Positions 19,441 through 29,846 of a stretch of 40,550 nt of DNA are shown here, in pieces. The position numbers were made by a program, and so were the translations under genes. Where the stretch lies: positions 1-40,550 of the forward strand of contig JASHSB010000096.1 in the NCBI GenBank assembly GCA_030036945.1. The letters run 5' to 3'. This stretch comes from Methylovirgula sp. (GTDB lineage: Bacteria > Pseudomonadota > Alphaproteobacteria > Rhizobiales > Beijerinckiaceae). The notes beneath the pieces are model-generated. The model worked only from the letters and a program-made list of their open reading frames with translations, did no database searches and was not told the DNA's origin. Each line of letters opens with the position of its first letter. The stretch's first letter is position 1.

Positions 19441-20499
19441 ATGAGCATGGAAGACGCTGCTTCTATATTGGAATCGGTGGCGCCGGCGGAAAACAAGCCA
19501 AAGCTGCGCATCTTTCTTTGCGCGCCGCGCGGCTTTTGCGCCGGCGTGGTGCGCGCCATCGACGCCGTCGAGCAAGCGCTGCGCATCTATGGCGCGCCGG
19601 TGTATGTCCGCCACGAAATCGTTCACAATAAATATGTGGTCGAAGGGCTGAAGGCCAAAGGCGCGGTTTTCGTCGAAGAGCTCGACGAGATCCCCGACAC
19701 GACAAAGCCGGTGATCTTTTCCGCGCATGGCGTGCCCAAATCGGTCCCCGCCGAAGCGGAGGCGCGCCATATTTTCGCGCTCGACGCGACCTGCCCGCTA
19801 GTGACGAAAGTGCACCGCGAAGCCGAGCTGCACTATAAGCGCGGCCGGCAGGTGGTCCTGGTCGGCCATGCCGGCCATCCGGAAGTGGTCGGCACGCTCG
19901 GGCAATTGCCGAAAGGTTCGATCCATCTGGTGCAGACGCCGGAGGATGTCGAAAAGCTTGAGAACGTCAATGAAGACAATCTCGCCTATGTCACGCAAAC
20001 GACGCTGTCGATCGACGACACCCGCAGCATGGTTGATGCGCTGACCCGCCGTTTTCCCAATATCATCGGGCCTCACAAGGAAGACATTTGCTATGCGACG
20101 ACCAATCGCCAAGAGGCGGTCAAGCGCATCTCGCCGATCGTCGATGCGATGATCGTCGTGGGATCGTCGAATTCCTCGAATTCGCAACGGTTGAAGGAAG
20201 TCGCCGAGCGCTCCGGCTGCAAGCTCGCTCGTCTCGTGCTGCGCGCCGAGGACGTCGATTGGGAACTTTTCAAGAATGCCTCTTCGGTGGGAATCACGGC
20301 CGGCGCCTCGGCGCCGGAAGTCCTCGTCGAAGAGATCATGGACGCTTTCGCGCAGCGGTTCGAACTCGACGTCGAGATCGTCTCGACGGCGGACGAGAGC
20401 GTATTTTTCCCGCTGCCACGCCAATTGCGGCCGTCGATCGTCAGCGATTCGACCGATCTGCCGGGGTCCGAAGAGCACATTGGCGTCCACGGCAAGTAA
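19441..20499 (+). CDS. ispH: 4-hydroxy-3-methylbut-2-enyl diphosphate reductase
   Basis: [34 protein letters not shown] and TAGASAPE. Start 19441 or 19447. Confidence 0.97.
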   Translation: MSMEDAASILESVAPAENKPKLRIFLCAPRGFCAGVVRAIDAVEQALRIYGAPVYVRHEIVHNKYVVEGLKAKGAVFVEELDEIPDTTKPVIFSAHGVPKSVPAEAEARHIFALDATCPLVTKVHREAELHYKRGRQVVLVGHAGHPEVVGTLGQLPKGSIHLVQTPEDVEKLENVNEDNLAYVTQTTLSIDDTRSMVDALTRRFPNIIGPHKEDICYATTNRQEAVKRISPIVDAMIVVGSSNSSNSQRLKEVAERSGCKLARLVLRAEDVDWELFKNASSVGITAGASAPEVLVEEIMDAFAQRFELDVEIVSTADESVFFPLPRQLRPSIVSDSTDLPGSEEHIGVHGK

Positions 20500-20514
20500 C
20501 GGTTTATCGCGAGT

Positions 20515-21816
20515 TCATTCGGCCGGCGGAACGTCGTTTATCCGCGCTCCGTTCAGCTCCTTGCCGCCGCGCCGCACCGTCACGCGGTCGGCCCGCTCGA
20601 CGCCGTCGGCTTGGAAAAAAATCTCCCAGTCGATCATTTTGCCGACGAACGTATGATCGTCTTTGGCCAAGAACTCCTGGCGTCCGTAATCTTCCGTCCC
20701 GACGAAGAGCCGCGCGCCTTCCTGCGTGACACGCAGGATTCGCGTCGGTCCTAGCCTATAGGCGCCGACGTAATCGGCGAGCAGGGCGGCGTCGAGAACC
20801 GTCCGCTTCTCTGCCGCGCCGAAATGGAGCGCGGCGAGATCGCCGGCGATCTTTTGCACCGGCGCTCCCTGGATGTTGGCGAGTACGATCACGGCAAGAT
20901 CGTCGTCGGGATAATGGCTGAGTACGGCGCTGAACCCGTTGATGCCGCCGGCGTGGACGAATTGCCGCCGCCCGAACTGGCGTTGAATGCCCCAGGCAAA
21001 TCCGTAGTCGTGGCCGTGATCCGCAAACGTAAGATCGACGGACGCGTGGCTGATCGGCTTTGCTGCCGTCAGCGCGCGTTGCCAAGCCAAAAGGTCGTCG
21101 GCGGTCGAATAGATCGCGCCCGCCGCATAAGGCAGGCTCATCGCCAGATAGGCGGCCGGCTCGATCCGCCCATTCTGGAGGCGATAGCCGGGAACATGCG
21201 CGGGGACGCTCTCCGCGCCATGCTCGTAGCCCGTGTCTTCGAGGCCGAGCGGCAGAAGAATGTTTTCGCGGATGTACTCCGGATACGTCCGCCTGCTCAG
21301 CCGCTCGATGACCTGTCCGAGAAGGATATAGCCGCCGTTGCAATATCGAAATTGCGTGCCGGGCGGGAATTCGAGCGCTTGGTTCTCGGTGAGCGCGATG
21401 ATCTCGCGCGGGATGAGATCGCGTTGCGCCATTCCGCGGAAGAAGCCGGGAATCGACGTGTAGCTCGGAATCCCCGACGTATGGGTCAGCAGATGAAAAA
21501 GCGTGACACCGCGCCAATGCGCCGGTGCTTCGGGGTAATGGCGGGCGATTTCGTCGTCGAGCGACAGCAACCCGCGCTCCATGAGCTGCAAGATCGCGGC
21601 GGCGGTGAATTGTTTGGTGAGCGAGCCGAGCCGGAATTTGCCGGTCGGCGTATGCACTACGTTCCGCTGGCGATCGGCGAGGCCGAAGCCGCGCCGCAGC
21701 AGCGGAGCGCCGTCTTTGGCGACGAGCACGCTGCCGGCGAAAAGATCGGCGGCGACTAACGGCGCGATAAGAGCGGATGCGGCCTCGGCGTAGTCGGATG
21801 GAATGGGTTTCGTCAT
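20515..21816 (-). CDS. Serine hydrolase of the beta-lactamase/AmpC family with a C-terminal DUF3471-like extension
   Basis: SxxK (GSLTK), LLTHTSG, YxN (YCN) and HAG. No evident signal peptide. Confidence 0.88.
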   Translation of the reverse strand: MTKPIPSDYAEAASALIAPLVAADLFAGSVLVAKDGAPLLRRGFGLADRQRNVVHTPTGKFRLGSLTKQFTAAAILQLMERGLLSLDDEIARHYPEAPAHWRGVTLFHLLTHTSGIPSYTSIPGFFRGMAQRDLIPREIIALTENQALEFPPGTQFRYCNGGYILLGQVIERLSRRTYPEYIRENILLPLGLEDTGYEHGAESVPAHVPGYRLQNGRIEPAAYLAMSLPYAAGAIYSTADDLLAWQRALTAAKPISHASVDLTFADHGHDYGFAWGIQRQFGRRQFVHAGGINGFSAVLSHYPDDDLAVIVLANIQGAPVQKIAGDLAALHFGAAEKRTVLDAALLADYVGAYRLGPTRILRVTQEGARLFVGTEDYGRQEFLAKDDHTFVGKMIDWEIFFQADGVERADRVTVRRGGKELNGARINDVPPAE

Positions 21817-21837
21817 AAGCATTCATCCAAAGACCGC

Positions 21838-21912
21838 TGTCGCGAGAAGCTGTGCGACGAAGCGATCCAGGACTTTCCACTGACTGGATTGCTTCGCTTC
21901 GCTCGCAATGAC
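21838..21912. repeat. Palindromic repeat of a second alphaproteobacterial family
   Basis: CGAAGCGATCCAG...CTGGATTGCTTCG hairpin followed by CTTCGCTCGCAATGAC. Confidence 0.75.
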
Positions 21913-21933
21913 GATTCTACGCCAAATCGACTT

Positions 21934-24030
21934 TTATCCCGCCCCCAGCAATTTCACCGCCGTTTCGCGCTCGAAGAGATAGAGCAGAAGCAACAGCGCC
22001 TTTCCCTGTCCGCCTTCGAGCTTGGGGTTTGTTGCGAGGATATGCCGCGCCTCTTCGTGGGCGAGTTTAAGGAGATCACCGTGCACGTCGAGCCGCGCCA
22101 GTTTGAACCCCGGCATGCCCGATTGTTTGGTGCCGAGCACGTCGCCTTCGCCGCGCAGCCGCAAATCCTCCTCGGCGATGCGGAATCCGTCTTGCGTCTC
22201 GCGCAGGATCTCGATCCGCGCTTTGGCCGTTTCACCGAGCGGGGTTTTGTAGAGCAACAGACACGAAGACTTGGCTTTGCCGCGCCCGACGCGGCCGCGC
22301 AATTGATGCAATTGCGCGAGACCGAAACGCTCCGCCCGTTCGATCACCATGATGTTGGCTTCGGGCACATCGACGCCGACTTCGATCACCGTCGTCGCCA
22401 CCAGGATCTGCGTTTTGCCCGCCGCGAAAGCCTGCATCGCGCGGTCGCGATCCTCGCTTTTCATGCGGCCGTGCACGAGGCCCACCTTGCCGCCGAAAAT
22501 CTCCTTGAGCGTCGCAAAGCGCGCCTCGGCGGCGGCGACGTCGATTGCTTCGCTTTCCTCGACGAGCGGGCAGACCCAATAGGCGCGGCTGCCGGTGGCA
22601 AGCGCGCGCGAAAGACGCGCGGTGACCTCGCCGATCCGTTCAAGCGGCAGAGCGCGCGTGTCGATGGGTTGGCGTCCGGGCGGCTTTTCCGGCAGCGTGG
22701 AGACATCCATGTCGCCGAAATAGGTGAGAACCAGGCTGCGCGGAATCGGCGTCGCCGTCATGACGAGAATATCGACCGCCTTGCCCTTGGCGCCGAGCGC
22801 GAGGCGCTGGTGCACGCCGAAACGATGTTGTTCGTCCACCACCGCGAGACCGAGATCGCGAAACGCGACGCTCTCCTGAAAAAGTGCATGCGTGCCGATC
22901 GCGATGTCGATCTCGCCGCTGGCGAGCGCGGAAAGCAGCCGGGCACGCTCCGCGCTGCGCCCGGTCAGCAGAGCGATGCGCAATCCGGCCGCCTCGGCAT
23001 ATTCGGCGATTCCCGCGTAATGCTGGCGAGCGAGAAGTTCGGTGGGCGCCATCAATGCAGCCTCCCGGCCAGCCTCGACCGCGCTCGCCATGGCGAGCAA
23101 CGCGACGATCGTCTTGCCGGAGCCTACGTCGCCTTGCAGCAAACGCAGCATGCGGGAAGGCGAGGCGAGATCGGCGCGAATTTCGGCGAGCGCGCGGGTC
23201 TGCGCCGGCGTAAGCTCGAAGGGCAGGCTGCTGAGGATTTTCGCGGCGTGCCTCCCGTCGCCTTGCGTGGCGCGGCCGACGGCGCAGCGCAGATGTTCGC
23301 GCGTCAATGCCAGCGCCAATTGGTGAGCGAGCAATTCGTCATAGGCGAGCCGCACACGGGCCGGGCCGGTCGGTTCGATCGCCTCGGGATTTTCAGGCCG
23401 ATGCAATGCGCGCAGCGCCGCCGCAAACGAGGGCATCGCCGGCATTTTGGCGACGGCCGGCACATGATGCCATTCCGGTAAATCCGGCAGGCGCTCCAGC
23501 GCGGCGGCAATTGCCTTGCCGAGCACGCGCGGCGGCAAACCTTCGGTCAAGCCGTAAACCGGCTCGACCGCCTGCATCTTGGCAAGTCCCTCGGCGTCGA
23601 GCACGCGGTCGGGATGAACGATCTGCCGATGTCCGTCCCAGAGTTCGAGCTTGCCCGAGATCCAGCGCCTCTCGCCGACCGGCAGGCTCTTTTCGATCCA
23701 TGCATGGTTGGTCAGGAAGAAAACGAGAAGAACGTCGCCGGTCTCGTCTTCGACGAGAACCTTGTAAGGGGCGCGCGAGCGCGGCCCCGGCGGATAATGC
23801 TCGACGACTTGCGCCTCGATCAGCACCACGCGGTCGAACGGCGCTTCGGCGATCTTGGCGCGGGTACGCCGGTCGATCGTCGCATAAGGAAGGTGAAAGA
23901 GCAGGTCGAGCACCCGCGCGCCGACGCCGCTCTCGGTCACGAGCTTGTCGAGAAGCTTGGCAATCTTCGATCCGACGCCGGGCAGGCTTGTCGCCGGAGC
24001 AAAGAGCGGGTTGAGAAGCGAGGGGCGCAT
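21934..24030 (-). CDS. recG: ATP-dependent DNA helicase RecG
   Basis: RLLQGDVGSGKT, DEQHRFGV, MTATPIPR, QLHQLRGRVGRG and DLRLRGEG. Confidence 0.98.
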   Translation of the reverse strand: MRPSLLNPLFAPATSLPGVGSKIAKLLDKLVTESGVGARVLDLLFHLPYATIDRRTRAKIAEAPFDRVVLIEAQVVEHYPPGPRSRAPYKVLVEDETGDVLLVFFLTNHAWIEKSLPVGERRWISGKLELWDGHRQIVHPDRVLDAEGLAKMQAVEPVYGLTEGLPPRVLGKAIAAALERLPDLPEWHHVPAVAKMPAMPSFAAALRALHRPENPEAIEPTGPARVRLAYDELLAHQLALALTREHLRCAVGRATQGDGRHAAKILSSLPFELTPAQTRALAEIRADLASPSRMLRLLQGDVGSGKTIVALLAMASAVEAGREAALMAPTELLARQHYAGIAEYAEAAGLRIALLTGRSAERARLLSALASGEIDIAIGTHALFQESVAFRDLGLAVVDEQHRFGVHQRLALGAKGKAVDILVMTATPIPRSLVLTYFGDMDVSTLPEKPPGRQPIDTRALPLERIGEVTARLSRALATGSRAYWVCPLVEESEAIDVAAAEARFATLKEIFGGKVGLVHGRMKSEDRDRAMQAFAAGKTQILVATTVIEVGVDVPEANIMVIERAERFGLAQLHQLRGRVGRGKAKSSCLLLYKTPLGETAKARIEILRETQDGFRIAEEDLRLRGEGDVLGTKQSGMPGFKLARLDVHGDLLKLAHEEARHILATNPKLEGGQGKALLLLLYLFERETAVKLLGAG

Positions 24031-24077
24031 ACGGCTAGACTAAGAAGGCAGGCGCCCTCGCGCCAGATCCTTCGCCT

Positions 24078-24106
24078 TTGCGCCGGTCGGGCCAAATCTC
24101 TATATA
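24078..24106 (+). promoter_or_regulatory. Putative sigma70-type promoter for sdhE-mfd
   Basis: TTGCGC-17 bp-TATATA in the divergent recG/sdhE gap. Confidence 0.4.
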
Positions 24107-24157
24107 CGTCGGGCGCCGATCCGGTGCCGCCATTCGTCTTCCGAACCCGGAGCTGCC

Positions 24158-24454
24158 ATGTCCAGCTCGCAGATTTCGAGTGCCGCACTCGATCTCCGGA
24201 GGCGGCGGATTCTCTTTCGTTCCTGGCATCGCGGCATGCGCGAAACGGACCTTCTCATGGGCCGGTTCGCGGACGCCGCGATTGCCCGTCTCGATGAGCC
24301 CGGACTCGCCGCGTTCGAGGACTTGCTGGAGGTCCCCGACCGCGACATTTTCGGCTGGCTGACCGGCGAACTGCAAGTGCCCCCGGCCTATGACACCGCC
24401 GTGTTCCGGAAGTTGAAACGCTTCCACAGCCATGCCAAGCCGCTCGATCTTTGA
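24158..24454 (+). CDS. sdhE: Succinate dehydrogenase assembly factor (Sdh5/SdhE)
   Basis: RRRRILFRSWHRGMRETDL contains the RGxxE motif. The recG-sdhE-mfd order is typical of alphaproteobacteria. Confidence 0.92.
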   Translation: MSSSQISSAALDLRRRRILFRSWHRGMRETDLLMGRFADAAIARLDEPGLAAFEDLLEVPDRDIFGWLTGELQVPPAYDTAVFRKLKRFHSHAKPLDL

Positions 24455-24457
24455 CAT

Positions 24458-24485
24458 CCCTTCTTCCTGCTCACGGGGAAGGGGG
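24458..24485. repeat. Short REP-like hairpin
   Basis: CCCTTCTTCC-TGCTCACG-GGGAAGGGGG. Confidence 0.6.
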
Positions 24486-24506
24486 TAACGACACCGAACC
24501 TTTGCC

Positions 24507-27500
24507 GTGACCGATCTCAAATGCGCCATTGCCGAGCTTGCCAAGGGCGGTTCGCTCACGCTCGCTTCGCTGCCCGACGGTTTCGACGCGTTCTGCGCCG
24601 CCGATCTCACCCGTGCGCTGGCGCAGGCCGAACGCGCCGTCGTGCTCGTGCACGTGGCGCGCGACGAGCAGCGCGCGCATGCGTTCAACGAGGCGCTCGC
24701 CTTCGTCGCGCCGGAAATTGAGATCCTCGATTTCTCCGCCTGGGATTGTCAGCCTTACGATCGGGTTTCGCCCAACGCGGCGATCGCGGCGCGGCGCATG
24801 ACGGCGCTGTCGCGGCTGGCGCGTTCGCGCAGCGCGCCGGAACGGCCGCGCATTCTCTCGACGACGGTGAACGCGGTTCTGCAGCGCGTTCCGCCTTTGG
24901 AGAAAGTGGCGACCGATTGTTTTTCGGCGGCTCCCGGCAACGCGGTTCCAATGGACGGCCTCGCTCGTTGGCTCGAGGACAACGGATTTCAACGCTCCCC
25001 GACGGTACGCGACACCGGCGAATATGCGGTGCGGGGCGGCATTCTCGACCTGTTCGCGCCTTCCATGCCGGCGCCGGTGCGCCTCGACTTCTTCGGCGAT
25101 ACGCTCGAATCGATCCGCACCTTCGATCCCGAATCGCAGCGCACGATCGCGCCGCTGCGTGCGCTCGATCTCGTGCCGATGAGCGAGGTGCAGCTTACCT
25201 CGGACTCCATGCGCCGTTTCCGGCAGGGCTATGTCGTGGCGTTCGGCGCGCACACTTTAGGCGATACGCTTTACGAGGCGGTGAGCGAAGGGCGTCGTCA
25301 TCCGGGCATCGAACATTGGTTGCCGCTTTTCTACGAGAAGCTCGATACGCTCTTCGACTATATCGGCGCCGCGCCGTTGGTCCTCGATCCTTTGGTCGAG
25401 GAAGCCGCGAAAGAGCGGCTCGCGCAGGTCGGCGATTATTACGAAGCGCGCAAGAGCGCCTTCGACGCCGATCCCGCGCATGCGTCCTATAAGCCGCTGC
25501 CGCCCGAGGCTCTCTATCTTTCCGTGGCTGCGTGGAACGAACGCCTCGCGGCGAGCGGGCTCGTGCGCGTCACGCCGTTCGCGCAGCCGGAGAGCGAGAG
25601 CGTCGTCGATTGCGGTGCCAAGGTCGGCCGCAATTTCGCGCCGGAACGCAACGAGGAAGGCGCCAACGTCTTCCATGCAACGGCCGAACATATTCGCGCC
25701 CTTCAAGAGCAGGGCAAACGAGTGATCGTCGCCGCCTGGTCTGAAGGTTCGCGCGAACGCCTCGGCCATGTCCTGAAAGATTTCGGCCTTACCGAACTTG
25801 AGCCTGTCGCTTCGCTTGGGCAGGCCTCCCGCCAGCCAAGAACCACCGTAGCGCTTGCCGTGATCGGGTTGGAGACCGGCTTCGAGACGCCGCAGCTTGC
25901 CGTCGTCGGCGAGCAGGACATTCTCGGCGACCGGCTGGTGCACGCCCGCAAACGCCTGCGCCGTACCCAGGACTCGATTACCGAACTCAGCTTGCTCTCG
26001 GCCGGCGATCTCGTAGTCCATGTCGATCACGGCATCGGGCGGTTTGTCGGCCTGACGCCGATCGAGGCGGCGGGCGCCCCGCACGACTGCCTCGAGATCC
26101 ATTACGCCGAAGCCGCCAAGCTCTTCCTGCCAGTCGAGAACATCGAACTCCTGTCGCGCTACGGATCGGAAGACGCCGATGTCGAGCTCGATAAATTGGG
26201 CGGAGTCGCCTGGCAGAGGCGCAAGGCGCGGATGCGCCGCCGGATCCTCGAGATGGCTGCCGGCCTGTTGCAGATCGCCGCGACGCGCCAGACGCGCGCC
26301 GCCCCGAAGCTCACGCCGCCCGAACCGCTTTACGAGGCGTTTTGCGCCGGCTTTCCTTATGAGGAGACGGAGGATCAGGCGGCGACCATCGAAGCGACGC
26401 TCGACGATCTCGCCTCCGGCAAACCGATGGACCGGCTCGTCTGTGGCGACGTCGGGTTCGGTAAGACCGAGGTCGCGCTGCGTGCCGCTTTCGTCGCGGC
26501 AATCAACGGCGAGCAGGTGGCGGTCGTCACGCCGACCACGCTGCTTGCCCGCCAGCACACGCAAGTCTTCGCGAGCCGGTTCACCGGCCTGCCCATCAAG
26601 GTCGCGCAAGTCTCGCGCATGGTGGGCGGCGCCGAGGCCAAACAGGTGAAGGACGGCATCGCTTCCGGCGCGATCGACATCGTCATCGGCACCCACGCTC
26701 TGCTTGGCAAGAGCGTCGCTTTCAAGAATCTCGGACTGGTAATCATCGACGAAGAGCAGCATTTCGGCGTCAAGCACAAGGAGCGGCTGAAGGAACTGCG
26801 CGCCGAAGTGCACGTGCTGACGCTTTCGGCGACCCCCATTCCGCGCACCTTGCAGCTGGCGCTGACCGGCGTGCGCGAACTTTCGATCATCGCGACGCCG
26901 CCGGTCGATCGCCTCGCGGTGCGTACCTTTGTTTCGCCGTTCGATCCGCTGCTGGTGCGCGAAGCGTTGCTGCGCGAACGCTATCGCGGCGGCCAGAGCT
27001 TCTACGTTTGTCCGCGTATCGAGGACATCGAGCAGGCGGCCGATTTCCTGCGCCGCAACGTGCCGGAGGCAAAATATGTCGTCGCCAACGGCCAGATGGC
27101 GGCTTCCGAGCTCGAAGAGCGCATGGCCGCGTTCTACGACGGCAAGTTCGACATTCTGCTGTCCACGGCCATCGTCGAATCGGGGCTCGACATTCCGACC
27201 GCCAATACGCTGATCGTACATCGTGCCGACATGTTCGGCTTGGCGCAGCTCTATCAGCTGCGCGGTCGGGTCGGACGATCGAAGACCCGCGCCTACGCGC
27301 TGTTCACCGTTCCTCCCGACCGAACGCTCACGCCGCAGGCCGAGAAGCGCCTCAAAGTGCTGCAATCGCTCGATACGCTCGGCGCCGGGTTCCAGCTCGC
27401 CAGCCACGATCTCGATATTCGCGGCGCCGGCAACCTGTTGGGAGAGCAGCAATCCGGACATATCAAGGAAGTCGGCTACGAGCTCTATCAGCAGATGCTC

Positions 27501-28013
27501 GAAGAGGCCGTCGTCGCATTGAAGGCTGGCATAGAGGAGCCTGCCGAGGAAACTTGGTCGCCGACGATCACCATGGGGACGCCGGTCACGATCCCGGAGG
27601 ATTACGTCGCCGATCTCGACGTGCGCCTTGGGCTTTACCGGCGGCTCTCGAAACTCGAGGCCGACGCCGAGATCGAAGCGTTCGCCGCCGAGTTGATCGA
27701 CCGTTTCGGGCCGCTGCCGGACGAAGTCGAGCAGCTTCTAAAGCTCGTCGCGATCAAGGCGCTGTGCCGCAAAGCGAACGTCGAGAAGCTCGAGGCCGGG
27801 CCGAAGGGGGTAACGCTCGGCTTCCGCGACAATTCCTTCGCCAATCCGCAGGGGCTGGTGCGGTTTATCGCCGAGCAGGGACCCGACGCCAAACTACGGC
27901 CCGATCATCGCCTCGTCTTCATCCGCGGCTTTGAAGATCCGGCGGCGCGCCTCGAAGGCACGCGCACAATCCTGCGCACGCTTGCCGCGATCGCCGCCAA
28001 GAAGGCGGCATGA
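24507..28013 (+). CDS. mfd: Transcription-repair coupling factor
   Basis: UvrB-like N-terminus, RID (VVHVDHGIGRF), CGDVGFGKTEVA, DEEQHFGV, QLRGRVGRS and DLDIRGAGNLLG. Confidence 0.98.
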   Translation: MTDLKCAIAELAKGGSLTLASLPDGFDAFCAADLTRALAQAERAVVLVHVARDEQRAHAFNEALAFVAPEIEILDFSAWDCQPYDRVSPNAAIAARRMTALSRLARSRSAPERPRILSTTVNAVLQRVPPLEKVATDCFSAAPGNAVPMDGLARWLEDNGFQRSPTVRDTGEYAVRGGILDLFAPSMPAPVRLDFFGDTLESIRTFDPESQRTIAPLRALDLVPMSEVQLTSDSMRRFRQGYVVAFGAHTLGDTLYEAVSEGRRHPGIEHWLPLFYEKLDTLFDYIGAAPLVLDPLVEEAAKERLAQVGDYYEARKSAFDADPAHASYKPLPPEALYLSVAAWNERLAASGLVRVTPFAQPESESVVDCGAKVGRNFAPERNEEGANVFHATAEHIRALQEQGKRVIVAAWSEGSRERLGHVLKDFGLTELEPVASLGQASRQPRTTVALAVIGLETGFETPQLAVVGEQDILGDRLVHARKRLRRTQDSITELSLLSAGDLVVHVDHGIGRFVGLTPIEAAGAPHDCLEIHYAEAAKLFLPVENIELLSRYGSEDADVELDKLGGVAWQRRKARMRRRILEMAAGLLQIAATRQTRAAPKLTPPEPLYEAFCAGFPYEETEDQAATIEATLDDLASGKPMDRLVCGDVGFGKTEVALRAAFVAAINGEQVAVVTPTTLLARQHTQVFASRFTGLPIKVAQVSRMVGGAEAKQVKDGIASGAIDIVIGTHALLGKSVAFKNLGLVIIDEEQHFGVKHKERLKELRAEVHVLTLSATPIPRTLQLALTGVRELSIIATPPVDRLAVRTFVSPFDPLLVREALLRERYRGGQSFYVCPRIEDIEQAADFLRRNVPEAKYVVANGQMAASELEERMAAFYDGKFDILLSTAIVESGLDIPTANTLIVHRADMFGLAQLYQLRGRVGRSKTRAYALFTVPPDRTLTPQAEKRLKVLQSLDTLGAGFQLASHDLDIRGAGNLLGEQQSGHIKEVGYELYQQMLEEAVVALKAGIEEPAEETWSPTITMGTPVTIPEDYVADLDVRLGLYRRLSKLEADAEIEAFAAELIDRFGPLPDEVEQLLKLVAIKALCRKANVEKLEAGPKGVTLGFRDNSFANPQGLVRFIAEQGPDAKLRPDHRLVFIRGFEDPAARLEGTRTILRTLAAIAAKKAA

Positions 28014-28082
28014 GCAAATTCTCGGGATGCCGCGAAAGGCGGCCTTTGGCGGTCGGTGGAAACTTTGTACCGATAGAGGAAA

Positions 28083-29327
28083 TCATTTCCGCAGTACTTC
28101 TTCCAATAATTTCGCCAAGCGCCGCGGATCTTCCGGAAAGCCCGCCTCGATCCAGCGTGCTTGCAGATCTTTCAGCGCGTCGCCTAGCGCTTTGCCTTCC
28201 GGAACGCCGCGCGCCACGAGATCGGCGCCGGAGAACGGCAGGCGCGGCTCTTTGACGGCTTGCGCATAGGCAAGCGCCTCCTGCCAAGGGGAAGAATCGG
28301 CTTCGCTCGCGACCGCCGCGAGCGCCAGAGCGTCGCAGACCGCTTGCCGCCCATAACGAAAGATGCGCCGCAAAAGAGTTGCCGCGGGCGGCGGCTTTTC
28401 CAGGCCGTGCAGGGTCACGAACGCCGCCGCCCCCTCGGCGAGCCGCTGCGTCTCCGGATTGGAGAGCCGCAACCGGTCGCGCAGCCGTTCGGCGTCTTCC
28501 GGGAGATTGACGCAAAGCGCGGCGAGTGCGAGCCATGGATCGGGCGGCAGTTCTCGCCGGAAGCGCAGCAGGCGGATGAGCCGCACCGGATGGGGCGCCG
28601 AGGCGAGCAGCGGTCCAAGCAAGCCGGTCTCGCAGAATTCGCGCGTCACTTCGCCGGTGCGCGGCGCGGCGAGCAGTTTGACGACCTCGCTGCGCACCCG
28701 CTCGCGCGATAGGCGCGCCAGCCCGTCGCGCTCGCGCAGGCAGGCGAGCACGGCTTGCGCGTCGAGCGGCCCCTCGGCGTAAGCGGCGGCGAAGCGGAAG
28801 AAGCGCAGGATACGCAGATAGTCCTCGCGGATGCGCGCCGTCGGGTCGCCAATGAACCTGAGCCGCCGCGCTTCGATGTCGGCAAGGCCGCCGACGTAAT
28901 CGTAGAGCGTCGCGTCGCGTCGCATCGACAGCGCGTTCATGGTAAAGTCGCGGCGTTTGGCGTCCGTCTCGAAGTCGCGGCTGAAGCGAACCTTGGCGTG
29001 CCTCCCATCGGTCTCGATGTCTTCGCGCAGGCTGGTGACCTCGAACGGCTTGCCGTCGACGACGAGCATCACCGTGCCATGCGCTACGCCGGTCGGAACG
29101 CTCTTCAATTTCGCGGCGTGGGCGCGCGACACGACAGTCTCGGGCGTGGCGGTCGTGGCGATGTCGAATTCAGCGACCGGCCGGCCAAGCAGGGCGTTAC
29201 GCAACGCGCCGCCGACAAGGCGCGCTTCTTCGCCGTCGGTGTCGAGCAAACTGAGGACGCGGATCAGGTCCTTGCGCTCCAGCAGAGCTTTTGCGGCGGG
29301 CGGCGCGGCGATCGCGGCGGTGCTCAT
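28083..29327 (-). CDS. cca: CCA-adding tRNA nucleotidyltransferase
   Basis: VGGALRNALL, FDIAT, RRDFTMNAL and EDYLRILRFFRF. Start at ATG 29327. Confidence 0.92.
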   Translation of the reverse strand: MSTAAIAAPPAAKALLERKDLIRVLSLLDTDGEEARLVGGALRNALLGRPVAEFDIATTATPETVVSRAHAAKLKSVPTGVAHGTVMLVVDGKPFEVTSLREDIETDGRHAKVRFSRDFETDAKRRDFTMNALSMRRDATLYDYVGGLADIEARRLRFIGDPTARIREDYLRILRFFRFAAAYAEGPLDAQAVLACLRERDGLARLSRERVRSEVVKLLAAPRTGEVTREFCETGLLGPLLASAPHPVRLIRLLRFRRELPPDPWLALAALCVNLPEDAERLRDRLRLSNPETQRLAEGAAAFVTLHGLEKPPPAATLLRRIFRYGRQAVCDALALAAVASEADSSPWQEALAYAQAVKEPRLPFSGADLVARGVPEGKALGDALKDLQARWIEAGFPEDPRRLAKLLEEVLRK

Positions 29328-29337
29328 GCGCGTGCGC

Positions 29338-29598
29338 TCATTGCATGTGTCCCGGCACGAGCGTGCCATTTTCGATATGCGCCGGCACGTAAGCGCCGAG
29401 ATGGCGTTCGGCGAAGACGCCAAACAGAAAGACGCCGATGACGGCGATGACGAGGCCGGCAAGCGTCAGCGTCGAGACCGTACTTTGGCTCCAGTTGCGG
29501 CTCGCGAACGGCGTCGTACGCCGCAATAGGAGCAGCAGAGCATAGCCGATGAACGGCAACAGGAAGAGAAGCGCCGGCCTCCAGATGACCCGCCACAT
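29338..29598 (-). CDS. Small two-TM membrane protein (DUF6111-like)
   Basis: Two hydrophobic helices and a C-terminal YVPAHIENGTLVPG, directly upstream of cca. Confidence 0.75.
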   Translation of the reverse strand: MWRVIWRPALLFLLPFIGYALLLLLRRTTPFASRNWSQSTVSTLTLAGLVIAVIGVFLFGVFAERHLGAYVPAHIENGTLVPGHMQ

Positions 29599-29654
29599 AG
29601 ACGCCCCTTGGCAAAGCGCCACATGCTAGGCCCGTTTCATCGGCGATGGAATGA

Positions 29655-29721
29655 AACCTCTTCCCGCCGGCAGAGGGTAGGGTGGGCCACCTAACCCTCT
29701 CCCAGCAGGTGGGAGAGGGGT
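29655..29721. repeat. REP-like hairpins
   Basis: AACCCTCTCCCA-GCAGG-TGGGAGAGGGTT (29693-29721) preceded by a degenerate hairpin. Confidence 0.75.
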
Positions 29722-29846
29722 TGCCAGCCATGTTGCGCCGATCTCCCGAAGGTCACATATCCCACCCGCGTTCCCGCTGCCGCGTCCAATTCCAGGCGGC
29801 ATGTGGAAATGCTAGACCGAGGCGGCGGAAGTACCCTTTGCGTGCC

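Noticed and set aside
20515-21816. Antibiotic-resistance beta-lactamase
   Set aside because: It has the family motifs only, no signal peptide, and HAG rather than KTG. A general esterase or peptidase is more likely.
25257-27461. Long antisense or alternate-frame ORFs (e.g. 733-2385, 12207-14345, 21889-23481, 25257-27461, 38212-40371)
   Set aside because: They overlap well-supported genes and show no motifs; such shadow ORFs are expected in high-GC DNA.
29723-29846. Possible folate-related riboswitch upstream of pabB
   Set aside because: Some pairing potential (TTCCCGCTGCC/GGCGGCGGAA), but no recognisable aptamer consensus. An Rfam search would be needed.
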